Program-made: the position numbers and the translations under genes
Shown: positions 37,880-51,848 of the stretch, one piece after another
How the letters are laid out: each line of letters starts with the position of its first letter
Position numbering within the stretch: position 1 is the stretch's first letter
Notes under the pieces: generated by a model
Told to the model about the DNA's origin: nothing
The model's input: only the letters and a program-made list of their open reading frames with translations
Databases searched by the model: none
DNA from: Lama guanicoe
Lineage: Eukaryota
NCBI GenBank assembly: GCA_013239625.1
Contig: MU053561.1
Location: 808,826 to 872,825, forward strand
Direction: 5' to 3'
DNA: 64,000 nt

Positions 37880-38530
37880 AAACCAATTCCCAGTGATGAC
37901 AGCAGGTGGGAAACACTTTCATTCACTGTTGCTGGGTGTACACATAGGTGAACATCTTTGCAGATAAATGAGGAGATAGTTTTCAAGATGCAAATACACA
38001 TAATTTCAGAATTAGTCATTTCACTTTTAGAAATTTACCCTGAAGGTAGATTTATTTTTTATGTGTACAAATACATACTTACAAAGGTGTTCACTGAAGC
38101 AGTGTTTGCAGTGGTAATGATCTAAAAACAATTTAAACATTTACCAAAAAGAGATTGTATAAACAAATAATAATATTCTCATTCAACAGAATACTATGAA
38201 GCATGACTTTTTTTTTTTTAACTGAGGTATAAATGAGTATTGAGATGTTAAGATGCTTGTGACACAATACGGGGAAAACGAAGAAGTAGAGCCTGTGGGA
38301 AGGAAAGCATATGGGTGTTTGTGACATCTCCATAATATGCATAGAATACTTCCGGAGGGATGTACAACAAGTGGCTAACCCTTCTTCTTTTGGAGCAGGA
38401 TTAAGGAGCTGGGATAGGATACTAGAGAAGAGAACTTTTACTTCTTGTTTTGTATTTTTCCCACAATTTGAATTATTTTTGTTTACCATGTGCATGCATT
38501 CTTTTTAAAATTGAAAAAATAAAAGGTATT
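37880..38530 (+). mobile_element. Old L1ME-like 3' fragment
   Basis: cactttcattcactgttgctgggtgta…cacttttagaaatttaccctga…ggtgttcactgaagcagtgtttg. Confidence 0.65.
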
Positions 38531-41529
38531 TTAAAGAAGCCCCTTCCGTGTTCTCGGGCATGACTCTTACTCATAGTTCCCTGTTAAGTAGATCACGATG
38601 CATTCGTTTCTCGGAGTTCCCTGAAAGTTTTCTTTTTGCTACATTCTTCCTTTTCAGGAGCCATTCTACATAATGGATGAAAATCACTGAGTTTGGTCTA
38701 AGTTATAGTAGGACTGAAAGGGAAAAGAAAAGCCACTTGGGCTTTGTGTTACATAATTCTTTGTTGTGTTATAACAACACATCTAAACTCCCAGACAACA
38801 CACCAAGAGATGCTTAAGCAAAAATGAAAAAGAGCAAGAAATGCGAGGTGGAGAGCTTGCAGTGGAGACACAGAGAACATCTGCCCCCCAACTATGATTC
38901 GAACATTCCTAATTGTTTGTCATCTGTTCACTTTCTAGATCCTGGAGACCAGGAAATAGTTTTCTCATTCCAGAATTACATTACAATTGTAAAATGTGGA
39001 TGCTTAGTTACTTTGTTATTGGGGAAGGTCTGACCACTATTTATTTGAGTAAGAGTAAGAATTACTAGAACTCACTAGAAATAAGGCTTTGTAAAATAAT
39101 ACCTGACCGTCTTGGACCTCCAAAATTTTTTTACAGCCACACGGAAAGATAAATATTGGCAAAGGTGAAAATCAGATCACTTTGGACCACAGGACCATCA
39201 GCATCTTATTCTGAGAATTCAAAGCTGTACTGCAGAGTTGAAACATACGACAGCTGGCCATGTCATTCCACACTACCGACATCTTCTAAAAGAACTGGAT
39301 GGCATATGTAAATGAAAATCAAATGAATATTTATTTTCATTTTTAAAATATTTAGAAGCATTTTGCAATTCCCCTGGAGAACTACAGGCTCTCTGGACTG
39401 TCGCAAAGCCAGGGCTAGATCCTGGTCCGGGAAGAAATCGGCGCCAACTGCTTCTGAGAAGTCAGAAGTGGTAATGAAATGGCACCAGGACATGTCACTG
39501 TCACTTGTGTGGTTTAAATTCTTAAAAATGACCTCAGCCAGCAGTTGATCTCTCCAAGTAGGTACCTGAACAGTATTATTGTTCAAAGATTTCTGGAAAG
39601 CCTGCGCTGCCAATTTAGTGAAAGCAAAGCTTGAGTGCTTCCCCCCACCATCCCTGACCCATTCCAGCAATGGAAAACCATCTGCATCCTGGCTAAGCCT
39701 AACAATTGAACGCTCTGTGCAAAAAGTAACCATTCCTCACCATTCCTGCATCCCATCCAAACACGGATGTCGGCCGCAGTCTGCAAGGGACTGAGGGGAT
39801 AGGCAGTTTCTGTTCTAGTTGTGTGAAAACATAAACTAACATCTGCAACACACTTTAGCATTTTCAAAGTGTTTTTCCCTCATATATCTTGTGTTCCTTC
39901 TTCATACACAACCACAAGTTGGAGAGCAATGAAAATACAATTTGTATTATGCACTCGACCCACACTTCCTCCTCGGTGTCTCAAGTCAGGTTGAAAATGT
40001 CATTGGTGAATATTAATTTGTGAATTGTGGGAACACTTTTATGTTTTCTTAGAAATAATAAATTAAAACTGAAAATGATTTTCAGCCTTCTAAAATGAGT
40101 TTGACTTCAATGTTTCAAAATACGCCCAAACTAATACCTACATTGTTTTATTCAATTCAATTAAGCAGTTACTTATGGAGCACCCCCTGTGGGCAGGGTG
40201 CATGCCACAAAACCTCAGGCAAAACTAGTGGCTGCTCTAGAAAGATCTTAGGAGTCCATGGAGAACAGTCATGGGCTTCAGAGAGGGTGTGAAAGACCCC
40301 ATAAGATGCGGGAGCACGAGGTGCTGAGGGAGCACCAGGAGGGGTGCTAATCGCATCTTGGGAGGAAAAACATGTCTCATGTGGCTTTCCTACCACCTCT
40401 TCACAGCATGTTAAGGAGAAACATACTGTTTGGATTATGGAAAGTAGTGTGAAAGAAAGCATCCTGTTTGGGGAAAGCAAGTGAAAACATGCACATTCCC
40501 CCTTGCCTTTGTCCATGTTCATCATGTTCTCTTCCAAGTCCCTTCCTTATCTCATCACAAGCTGTGCCTCTTTTTGAGCTGCACAGGATGCTGGGTCTAA
40601 ATAGATTCCTGGGAAAGGGCCTATAAATGCGTGTGTCATGCCAGGGCGTGGGAGGCAGGGATTGAAGGGACCAGGCAGGGACACCAGGACAGGGGAAGAG
40701 AAGGCACCCGCAAAACAGCTGGCTCTAGTTAGCAAAACACCCAAGGCCAGGGATAGGCAGACCTTGATAAGGATCAGACTACTCAACTGAGATATTACTT
40801 CGGGGATTCTCTACTTGCCACTCCTCCACCCTGATGCTGTCCTCCAGGCAGGGTTGGAGTTCCCCTCTGAGCCTCCACCAAAACCCTCCTTCCCTCCCTG
40901 GAGACATTTGACTGGGCAGGGAGGGGGGTCCTATTCTCTGTTCACTTGTCACTTACATGTGTGTGTAGCTCAAGAATTTTCTTTTATTCCAACGTCTACC
41001 ACAGCGCCTGGCTCAGAGTATCTTTCAGAAAATATCTGTTTCTATCTTTCAAAGTGAAAAGCACTGGAAATCCTCAAATTAAAGTAGAACAAACACACAC
41101 AATTAATCCCACTGCTTTAAAATAAATTACATAGAGATGTAAAATTTTCCCTTTCATATCCTTCTTTTTGCTAAAACAGATTTATCAAAATATATAGTAA
41201 ATTTTGGTTGTGTGAATTAATAAACGAGTGAATAAGTAAGTCTAATAGAGTTGAAGAGGCCGAGGGAAGGAACAGCAGAAGTTAAGCCAACAATGAAAAG
41301 GATCACTTCCCATCCTTCACTTCACTACACCTGCAAAGTCTCTTTTATCATGTTCTGGGCTACAGGATGTAGACATCTCTGGAGCCCATTAGTCTACCAC
41401 AGAGCCTACAAGGCACAGAGATAGCAGATCTAAGTACTTACTAAGTCCAGACTTTCCTTCTAAGGAGCCCTTTGACCTCATTTGCTTTCCATTTTTGGAT
41501 CTTAGTTTCCTAATTTATAAACTGGGGAA

Positions 41530-41965
41530 ACTCATTTAACCAGTATGTTACTAGCCATGCACATTCTAAATTTTAGAGGTACTGAATAAAGCAGACAAAA
41601 GTTCCTGCTCTTATGATGCCCACATTCTAGAGGACGAGAAAGTAAATTAGGTAAAATATGTTAGATGGTGGTAAGTGTTGAGGACTGATGAGGAGACCAG
41701 CCTGTCCAGGACAGAGATGAGGGGGAAGGCAATGGGCAAAGAAGCCAGAAAGGGAGGCTGGGATGGAGAATGCAGATCATTTGGAACTTAGAGGTCTTGG
41801 TAAGGACTTGGGTTTTCTCCCAACGACATGGGAAGCCACTAGACGGTTTGGAGCAGAGGAGTGACCATGATCTAATATACATTTTAATGGGTTGCTCTGG
41901 CCGCTGACTGAGAACAGACCTAAGGGGACAAGGATGGATGCAGGGAGACATGTTAACGCCTTACT
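41530..41965 (-). mobile_element. L2 fragment
   Basis: gcagacaaaagttcctgctcttatg…tgggaagccactagacggtttggagcagaggagtgaccatgatcta. Confidence 0.75.
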
Positions 41966-42799
41966 CGCCTCTACCATCACTCCTTTGTATGCCTTTCCAT
42001 TTGCACACCCACGCTTCCTTCATGCTGTTTATCCCTCCTAAAGACACCCTGCTCCTCTCTCCAACTTGAAATTCCATTCATTCAGTTCCTCCTTCAGGAG
42101 CCAGCTCAGTGCTCATCTTAGAGCTGTAAGGGCACTTGGTGAAGTTGTCATCCTTCATCCTCATCTTCAGGTGAGGACAGCGGGACAAAGACCCTCAGGC
42201 GTCTGTCCAAGGTCACACAAATAGTAAGTGCGGCACTCAGGGCTGCCCTAAAGTGTGATTTGAAAAAAATTAAAAGATATTCTCGACAGAGACGTTCCCC
42301 CTGAAATTGTTGGCTGTTAGCAATTCTCATTAAATTGTGATCTTGAAGAGCATGGACAGTTGTCTTACTCAGCTTTGTGTACTCGGCACTTAGCATGGCG
42401 CCTGGCATGCGAAAGACACCCAGTAATTGTTGCTGGATGAGTAAATAATAGACTGTCAAGAGTCCGTGTTTCTGTGTTACTAGCATCATGTTGCCCCACT
42501 TCATGCCACCGCCTCCTGGTGTAAAATGCCAGACAACTGGAAAGGTCTAAGAATCTATGAGAGCTAGTCGTAAGTGTTCAGGGAAGAGAACTTATTAACA
42601 AATGGAGCCATAACAGGACTGGAGTGGGGTCTGCCTAACACAGTAAAGATCCGAGCTAGAGACCCCCTTCTCTCCTTTCCCTTTTCAATTCCCAAGTGAT
42701 TAGACGGATAAAACAGGTTCTACAGGGGTGCTATTCTTTGAGGAGAAACCACAGTTCCATTATCGGGTGCCTTTCTGCACCCTTGGCATGTGGATATGG

Positions 42800-43390
42800 T
42801 TTTTTTTTAACATTTTTTTTATTGAGTGATAGTCATTTTACGATATTGTGTCAAATTCCAGTGTAGAGCACAATTTTTCAGTTATACATGAACATACATA
42901 CATTCATTATCACATTCTCTTTCGCTGTGAACCACCACAAGATCCTGTATTTATTTCCCTGTGCTACACAGTACAATCTTGTTTATCTATTCTACAATTT
43001 TGAAATCCCAGTCTGTCCCTTCCCACCCCCCACCCCCTGGCAACCACAAGTTTGTATTCTCTGTCTATGAATCTGTTTCTGTTTTGTATTTATTTATTTA
43101 TTTATTCTTTAGATTCCGCATATGAGCGATCTCATATGGTATTTTTCTTTCTCTTTCTGGCTTATTTCACTTAGAATGACATTCTCCAGGAACATCCATG
43201 TTGCTGCAAATGGAGTTGTCGGTTTTTATGGCTGAATAGTATTCCACTGTATAAATATACCACCTCTTCTTTATCCAGTCATCTGTTGATGGACATTTAG
43301 GCTGTTTCCATGTCTTGACTATTGTAAATAGTGCTGCTATGAACATTGGGGTGCAGGTGTCATTCTGAAGTAGGGTTCCTTCTGGATAGA
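42800..43390 (-). mobile_element. Young 5'-truncated L1 3' end (same subfamily as 19929-20400)
   Basis: Poly-T at 42800; 3' UTR and ORF2 end closely similar to 19929-20400; TSD gatatggtttt (42793-42803) / gatgtggtttt (43391-43401). Confidence 0.92.
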
Positions 43391-43567
43391 GATGTGGTTT
43401 TCATTGATAGTGATTATCAACAGTGACAACAGAACTGGTAAGTAGCCAGGGCTGGCGTGGGAACTGTGTGTAATGACCAGAAGAGGCCCCAAGAAGCCCG
43501 CCCTTGTCCTGTCAGGGAATTTGTGGACTCATATTGAGTGACCTGGTTGCTAATAGTTTAGAAATGG

Positions 43568-44457
43568 GAGTATCTGCAAATTTACCCCTGGCCTCTCCTT
43601 CCCCTCCTGGTAACCACAGGTTTGTCTGCCACGTCTGTGAGTCTGTTTCCATTTTGTAAATAAGTTCATTTGTCTCACTCTTTAATATTCCACATATAAG
43701 TCACATCATTATGGCATTTTTCTTTCTCTCCCTGGCTTACTTCACTTAGTATGACAATCTCCAGGTCCATCCAAGTTGCTGCAAATGGCATTATTTATTC
43801 TTTTTTATGGCTGAGTAGTATTCCATTGTATAAATATACCACAACTTCTTTATCCAGTCATCTGTTGACGGACAATGTCTTGGCTATTGTAAATAGTGCT
43901 GCCATGAATACTGAGGTGCACGCATCTTTTTAAATTAAAGTTCCCTATGGATATATGCTCAGGAGTGGGATTGCTGGATCATATGGTAAGTCTATTTTTA
44001 GGTTTTTTTTGAGGAATCTCCATACTGTTTTCCATAATGGCTGCACCAAACTACATTCCTACCAACAGTGTAGGAGGGTTCCCTTTTCTCCACACTGTCT
44101 CCAGCATTTATCATTTGTGGACTTTTGAATTATGGTCATTCTGATTGGTATGAGGTGATACCTCATTGTAGTTCAGTTTGCGTTTCTTTGATAATTTGCA
44201 ATATTGAACATTTTTTTCATGTGCCTATCTGTATGTCTTCATTGGACAAATGTTTGTTTAGGTATTCTGCCCATTTTTTGATTGGGTTGTTTTTTTTTGT
44301 TTGTTATCAAGTTGTACTAGCTGTTTGTATATTCTGGAAATCAGTCCCTTGTCAGTCTCATCCTTTGCAAATATTTTCTCCTATTCTGTAGGTTGTGTTT
44401 TCATTTTATTTATAATTTCCTTTGCTGTGCAAAAGCCAGTAAGTTTAATTAGGTCCC
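43568..44457 (-). mobile_element. L1 ORF2 C-terminus plus partial 3' UTR, no poly(A)
   Basis: Closely similar to the reverse complement of ~18880-19730, but lacks the terminal ~200 nt and the tail. Confidence 0.9.
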
Positions 44458-45767
44458 CTCTCCAGTTCTCACTCTGCCTCCAGGCTCTCTCCCTGGTGCC
44501 AGCTCCCAAACATCACCTTCCCCCATCTCCATGCATGGATTAATATTAGAAGACTCATTATTTTGCCTTTGTTTTGAATTTATTATCTAATGATTTTCTC
44601 ACTAACACTCTCTTCAAGTTGGTCACAGTTTGAGTCAATTCCTCCAACACCACATTACCCAAGACACAGTTTCCGGGTCTTCCACAGGTTTATAATGAAA
44701 TGATTAAAGAGTCCTTGAGGTCCCAGGGGAACACTGTCAAAATGGTAGGATATTTCAGTCTATCAGTTTGTAGATGTATTTCCAAAGCACAGAGATATCT
44801 TTGGGTTAAAAAATGTAACACCTGCATGAGCATAAGCTTATACAGTTAAGGGCTGAAAGGAACCTTGAGCATCATCTGGTTCAACCATTCCCATACTTTC
44901 AGCTAAAAAGTAAGTTGAGAGGTTAAGGGCTTTCTAATGTCACTTTGCTACTTAGGGCAGAATTACAACTGGAAATAAAACCCAGGGTTCTTCCAGTACA
45001 GCCATGCCTCCTGGAGCACAATCTCTTCTCACATAATCTCTTTTCTCTTGCTTCCCATTGCTTCAACCCTCCTTATGAAAGTTTATCCTCTTACATGCAA
45101 ACTGATAAGGACAAATCCTTAAAAAGAGATGCTGGCAGAAGGAGAACTCGATTATAAATAGGGAGATGATGCAACCACAAGGGCTGAATCCAGAAATAAA
45201 TCATATCTTCACATAGTGTTTACTGAAATTGTCTTTTGAAAAATTTCCATAGAAATTATTTTACCCACCACAGGAATGTCACTCCCTCCCACAGGGATCT
45301 GACTAAACAGAAAGAGAAGCAGAATGGAGAAAAAGCAGTAATTTAGATTTATATATAAAACATTAGTTGGAACCTAAATAATAAGCTTCAACTAATCAGA
45401 ATATTTTATGCATTCTGCTTTTTAATGGAAAAGGCAAACCACAAGAAAGCAACCATGTATCAGAGATTTAAAAATGCTTCCAGGGCTTATTTTAGGCTTT
45501 ACATTCCCCCCCCCCAATTCCCTGCAACGTCTGTCTTTAAAATATCTCACTGCATACCTCCCTCCTTCTCTTCATATGTGTTCATTTGTTCACTTAACCA
45601 ATCTTCCAATATCTATTGAGCCCTCCTCTGATGTCTCACGAACTCTGCTAAGATGAAAACATGGTTTTGCCTTAGTTTAATGTCTGGTTAAAAAGTTATC
45701 CTAAGAAGATTTGGATTGTTTTCACTTTTTTTTAAAGTTATACTTCCAGTTCTATAAATGGATAATT

Positions 45768-46100
45768 CTGTACTGAATATTCCCATTTGGACTTCCAGAT
45801 CCACTGTGTACCATTTTGCAACCTGTTCCATGCTTCTAGTGGGGAGTGAGTGGGGAAAGGGCTGACCTTAATGGACCAGATAAATCATGTTCCTTTGCTC
45901 TGGTCTTCAGCAGATGAGAGGAATCCAAAGATCAGAAGATTAGAGGGTGGGAGGGGAGACAGGCAGGGTGACTCCCACCCACATCCCACCCCTCATTTCC
46001 CACACCTGCCAAGCTGCGGGTGAACAGTGGCTACATTCCTCTCCTAAAGACCCCAGCACTTGTTAGGTAACCCCCTCCTAGAACTCTCTCTTGTTTTAGC
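45768..46100 (+). mobile_element. ERVL LTR33-like fragment
   Basis: ttccagatccact…gggctgaccttaatggac…agagggtgggaggggag…cagtggctacattcctctcctaaagaccccagc. Confidence 0.65.
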
Positions 46101-49100
46101 AGCTGTCACATACATCACTGTGACTATCAATTACAAAATGATGAGTGTGTTTCCGAGAAACAACAGAAAGCAATGTAGTTTGGAGCTAAGAGAGCTGCTA
46201 CTTACGTAGCTACAGAGAAAGAAAACAGGTCAAATATTCGTCCTGCCTGCCCTTTGAAAACAGATCTGTGCAAAGCCCTTCATGTTCATAGCTAGGTGAG
46301 GAAGGTTTCATAGTCGCTGTTCTTCATAAACCCAACCCTCATGCCAGGATGACAAGCAGGCCCAGTTTTACTTGGTTGAGAGCAGATGCCTGGGGTACAG
46401 TCTTGAAAAAGTTGTGAGGCCTGTTTTCAGTATCTGCCCTGGACATGGGTCAGGGCCCACACTCTGAAATGTAGATCCAGACTGGAACACGGACCTCTAT
46501 CTCTAAAGGAATCTGATTTAGGACAATTAGAATCTGGGACAGAAACCAGTTCCTAGAATCACAAGAGTTACAATGTATGTTGTCTAGCCCTATTTTTCAC
46601 TCATTTTACAGACAAGGAAAAAGAGGTACATGATGGTTAAACCAATTGACAGATCAGTAATGGAACTAGCATGCAAATTTCCTCTGAATTCACACTTAGT
46701 TCTACTTATTAAGGACAAAAAGTAAAGAAAAACATGGCTGATTGCAACTGTCAGTTGGTTTTGGAAAGTTCAATAGAGTCTAACTGGTCAAGATGGGATT
46801 TAACTGAGATAGTGAGGGCAACACCTTCCCTGTTTTTGGAGAGATTGACATCTTTTGATGTTGTTTTTGGAAAGACTTTGATCTAAGCGTTATATCTGAC
46901 TAGGATCCTAGCATCACACCAGATACATACATGTGGGAAGGAAACTGATGTAGCTTGATTACATAGACAAAACAGAAAAGAGCCTATCTAAAGACATTCC
47001 AGGGAGCTTTTCAGAGACATTGCTCTAGTTCTCTTTGTAAAACATAAATCCAGAAGGGGGAAGCCTATTCACTCTAGCTACGAAGTAACTAGGAGCAAAG
47101 GGTGGTGATTTAAACATAGAATGAGTGTGCAGATAACATATAGATTTTGTCTCAAGGGCTCTTCCATCTGGAAAAGATACGGCATGCAAGAAGAGACAAC
47201 AAAGTAAAATGTTCCTCCAAAACTTCAATTTGCTCATGTCTAAGCTCCATTTCCTCCATGAAACAATTTGTCCTAAGGCTGCAGGTCAACAGTGGGGACG
47301 GGGAACATTGAAAATAATCTCCTACGTGTCCTCAAAATCATTCTCTCCATTCTAGCTCCATGCTTAATTAAGGAAGCAATTCTCTGTCTCCTTTGAAGAC
47401 TTGTATCCTAGTGTTGAAAAGCAGTTTGAAAAAAAGTATGGAGAGAAATTATGAAAAAAGAATAGGAATCCCAGGGCCTGCAACACCCTCCATATAATTA
47501 GTCTTCCTCTTGGTACTGACACTAAGAATTCTACAAGTAATGGAGTCAGTTCTAAAAGTAATGGAGTCAGACAAGTAACTGTAAATCATTCCCTTATGTC
47601 CACTCTGATTCTTCCTATCTATTCTCACCAACTTCTCCCAACCCCTAACAAAATGGCTTCATTGTTGTGGAGTAGGAAACGGTCCTTAATGCAGTAAGTT
47701 GAATCTGGAAAAAAGAGTACAGCCTTGGCCTTTAATTCTGAGAAGAAGGTACTTTGAGGAAAATTCTATTTTGCTATCCACGTCACCCAGACTCTCCCTT
47801 GATTTTGCTAGATGGCATCTTCCAGAAAAAAAGCGATAGTAATGTCACCCACATAGCCCCTAAGTAGCTTTCCCAAAGACCAGTTGAAGCCTCCTGATTA
47901 TTACACAAAGAAGAAGCTCTCATTTGCACTTCCCCAAACACAACTAGGGAAAAAAAGCATCTTTTAATGTTAGGGGTGGAGAGAGGAAAACATCAACTCT
48001 TTAAAATTCAGCCACTGAGTTGCTCTGACTTTGTAGCCTGGCAAGGAAGTGCCCTGAGGTGAAACTAGTCCTGCTTGGACCAGTCCCATACTTCGCAATT
48101 TCAGCCTTACAATGGTATCACTGAGAGTAGAGCACTCATCTGGAGATTAAAGTTCTTTCTATTCCTATTCTTATTTGTTGTGTGAGTTTCACCAAGGTAC
48201 TTAGTATCTTTGAACCAACTACAGTTTATAGTTTCATCGGCTATAAAATGAGGAGTTGAACTAGAATTAAGCCAATGGTGAAAAAGAACAATCTCCAAAT
48301 CATCATTATGGTTTCCTAAGTACTCTAGTGATCCTGGGAAGTTATGTCATTCAAACATTGACTCTGCCTCACTTTGATTTAGGGCCTTTATTTAAGTCAT
48401 AAAATGAGTCCAGGAAAAGACAGTATGGCCAGAGAACTGTGGCTGTGCCCCAGATTATGAAGACAAAGGTTCACCTTCATTATGCAATCTCTTCCTCTGT
48501 ATTTGAAAAACATACTCAATATAAATGAAAGGTCAGAGGTGAATGGATCATACTTCAAGTAAGTTTTGAACATAGATGCCATCTAGTCTTTGCATTCTGC
48601 AAAATTCTTCTTTAAGTGAATAAATGTGTAGGGTAACTCTCCATTACCTTGATCAGCATCTAATACCAACCTGACACTTAGAATTAAATTAGAGAAACAA
48701 AATTGGATACTCTGAGACTTGAGGGCTGATTATACTACCAGAGCTAGGAGTGGACTTAAACTCTTTCCTTATCCCATTTAAATCTAACTAGATATAAACT
48801 CTCCATTACTGAGGAACAGAGGTGTGTCTGCAGAGGTGGAGGCTCCCCTTGATGTTCTTGGACAAGGAAACCTAATCCTTTCTTCTGACACACATGGTTG
48901 CAATAGAAAGCCTTCCCCAACTGCCAGTCTGGTTTTAATCTATTGTTTCAAGCAAGATGGGATTTGCAGGGAATGTTAAGGAAAGAGCAAAATGACCAGA
49001 ATGTACTATAAAATAAAAGTGTTGATGAGAAATCAAATTTTAAACAAGTGTTCAAAATTATAAGCACGAACATATGTAGACGTACAGTGCATGCTACAAG

Positions 49101-49711
49101 CACATGACAATAAAAGTTTTTAATTGTAAGTATATCTAAAGTCTGCTTTCAATACAACATTTATATCTCATTTTACTAAAGTTCTTTGGCTTACCGAACG
49201 ATAGCCATGGTAAAACACTGCCAATGAATACGGTGGTGCTTCATTTAAACATTGCTGGACAACGAAACATTACTTAAGCAGACTTCCCATGTAACCAAAC
49301 TAATCTTGCATTGTACAAACCTTCACAATGTTAACCACTTTATATGGAAACTTTTCAAAAGTTACATTTTTTTCTTTAAAAGATACACTGAATAACATCT
49401 TTTCCTGAAAATCCATTCATTCATTCAATGAAAATACTTATTAAAGCATGCTGATTATACTGCACTTCTTAGAAGGCCAGAAGATAGTAAGCTTAGATGA
49501 TGGTGAGCGTTTTGGCGATACTTCCCCCCAAACCAAAAAGTTTTAGAATGCCACTGTAAAAAAGTGCAAAAGCAGACAAAACTAGATTGCTTTTGATAGG
49601 TCTAGTGTCTTTTCTGCTGTCAGCTATCCCTTCTGGCTAAAAGCATATCAACCTCTATCAATTAGTTGCTTACTTTGTCAAAATAAAATTTAGATTTAAA
49701 AGATGTGCCTA

Positions 49712-49866
49712 GTGGGGCGGGGGGGGGTATAGCTCAAAGTGGTAGAGCGCATGCTTATCATCCATGAGGTCCTGGGTTCAATCCCCAGTACCTTCTCTAA
49801 AAAAAGTAAATAAACAAATAAATCTAATTAACTCCCCCCCACAAAAAAAATTTCTTAAAAAAAAAA
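49712..49866 (+). mobile_element. Vic-1-like SINE inserted in an L2 relic
   Basis: gggtatagctcaaagtggtagagcgcatgctt…gggttcaatccccagtacc; perfect TSD aaaagatgtgccta (49698-49711 / 49867-49880). Confidence 0.93.
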
Positions 49867-51758
49867 AAAAGATGTGCCTACTCTGTGCAAGGCACTATAC
49901 TAGATGCTGGGGACATGTAAGAAATACAGAAGTAATGCCCATGCTGGCTGAGTGGCATTCAAGAGTCACCAGGTCACCAATGCGGTGGGAAACACAATTT
50001 ATTCTAAGTTTGAAAATAACTTACTTTTAAAAATACAGATATTGAAGGTACATATATTGAAACACAGATACTGAAAGTAAACATAATGAAAGTTCTGATA
50101 CATTTTCTTCAGTGGGAGTATGTCTTGGGAATCATCTCCCAGAAAAACACTATCAGCCATGTGAGTCTTCATAGACAAAAAACTAAACTGCTTGAGGAGA
50201 TAAAGTCAGCAGGCCCTGTGACAGCTTTCTGCTGGAACCCAGTCTTACTGCCAGACTTCATCTTACAATCAGGAAGGCTTAAGATGTCACATGTCTAATC
50301 TTGGTAATTCCTAGGGTCACTGACTCTAATTAATAATATATCTGTAAAACCTGTATTTTAGCATTTTAATGCTCTGCTGTATATGAGTACAAAACATGTA
50401 GGCATTTATAAAACTGCTTGTTTAAAAGGGATACTCTATCGTTTATAAGATCAACCATCACTTCTGTTGGCAAGGTCTCTTTTCAGGGTTTCAGTAACAC
50501 CATATTTTGGGGGCCTTTTGAATATTTTTTGGCTACTCCTTTTAATTTCCATCATCCAACTACTGTTGTTTCACAACTCTACCTTGTAGTCTCAAAGATT
50601 TCCTTGGATTTCCATCTGTTTTGTAGCTCAGACCTCTCTCCTGAGCTCCAGATCTATGTATCTAATTGGTGTCATATTCGGAAGCACTATAAGCTCCTCA
50701 GAAACTGAGACAAAACCAAACCAAACAGTTTTGCTGAAGAATGTTGAAGAAATGACTTCCTTAGTTGGTTCCCCCACCCCCATTCCTACAATTCCTTCCC
50801 TGATTATTTCTGTATTACAACAATCGTGCTTGAACCACGTACTTTGTACCACTCTTATATGAGATTTTCACTCTATGGTTTTAATTTGTAAGTTTTGTCT
50901 TACCTGTTAAGATTTCAGTTCCATTACGAGTATCGGCCTTCTTACTGCATTTATCTCCTAACTCTCCCTAATGGATAAATACAACAAAACACATAAAGGA
51001 ACTCTGACGAGTCTCTCCCAGTTATATTTTTACTGATCGATTTTGGGGTATATTAATAGGAGCAGTAGCACTGTGCGAACTCTACTCATAATTTAAGCCT
51101 AACACAAAACAATTTCTTCTATTAGGTATCATCTTCCCAGGAAGCCTTCCCTGGACCAGGTGGAAGCACCACAGTCCTAGACACTCCACCTCCCCAATCC
51201 TGGCATTTGCTTCTGTAACACCTAAAACAGTACATTATTTATATGCTATCCCCTTAGGCCATTCCCTTCACTTCCTTAAGGCAAGGTATGTCTTTCTCTG
51301 TACCTTCAGCACCTAGCAGATGAAAGGTTTTAAAAAATGTTTACAGATCGTTTTACAGTGTAATCAATGTATCGAGGCCACATAGGTCTCAAAAGACCAC
51401 TTACTGCCCTCTAAGAGGATTAGGGAGGCCCCATTCCTAGAGAAACTTCTTAAAAGCTTGCCTCATGATGGCGATGATTCGAAAGGCAACTTCCTTGACT
51501 TTCTTCCAGTCTAAAAGCTGCTACTAAAGCCCTCTAAAGAGACGGTCCCTTAAGCAAGCCTGCATAAAAACTAGGTCTCCAGGGCAAATACTAAAAACAA
51601 GCCCCACCCTGTTCCTATCCGCACCTGCTCAGCAGCAGCAGCAAAGCGGCCCGCCCGGAGGGCATAAGCGCATGCGCAGTAAACAAAAGCGCCGGGAATC
51701 TGGGACCTCGTCCCTGAGCTGACGTCACTCAAGACAAGACGGCTCCGCCCTCCTTAAG

Positions 51759-51848
51759 ATGGCGCTGCACTCAATGCGGAAGGCGCGTGGGTGCTGGACC
51801 TTCATCCGGGCACTTCACCAAGGACCCGAAGCTGTTCCCGCTCCCCAG
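51759..51848 (+). CDS. WARS2: WARS2 coding exon 1 (mitochondrial tryptophanyl-tRNA synthetase, N-terminal targeting peptide); intron 1 runs from 51849 past the window end
   Basis: Translates [30 protein letters not shown], matching the human WARS2 N-terminus as I recall it ([30 protein letters not shown]). Similarity ends after exactly 30 codons at a phase-0 donor CAG|GTAACA (GT at 51849). The exon lies in the only CpG-rich segment of the window. I did not see exon 2 (…KRVFSGIQPTG…) in the window. Confidence 0.96.

Noticed and set aside
39263..39733. 156-aa minus-strand ORF as a novel gene
   Set aside because: No recognisable domain, promoter or splice context; the length is attainable by chance in 64 kb across six frames.
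40590..40660. TATA-like cctataaatg with a nearby GC-box
   Set aside because: Isolated motif, no CpG island or downstream exon support.
51630..51643. (CAG)4 run upstream of WARS2
   Set aside because: Too short to be a meaningful expansion-prone repeat.
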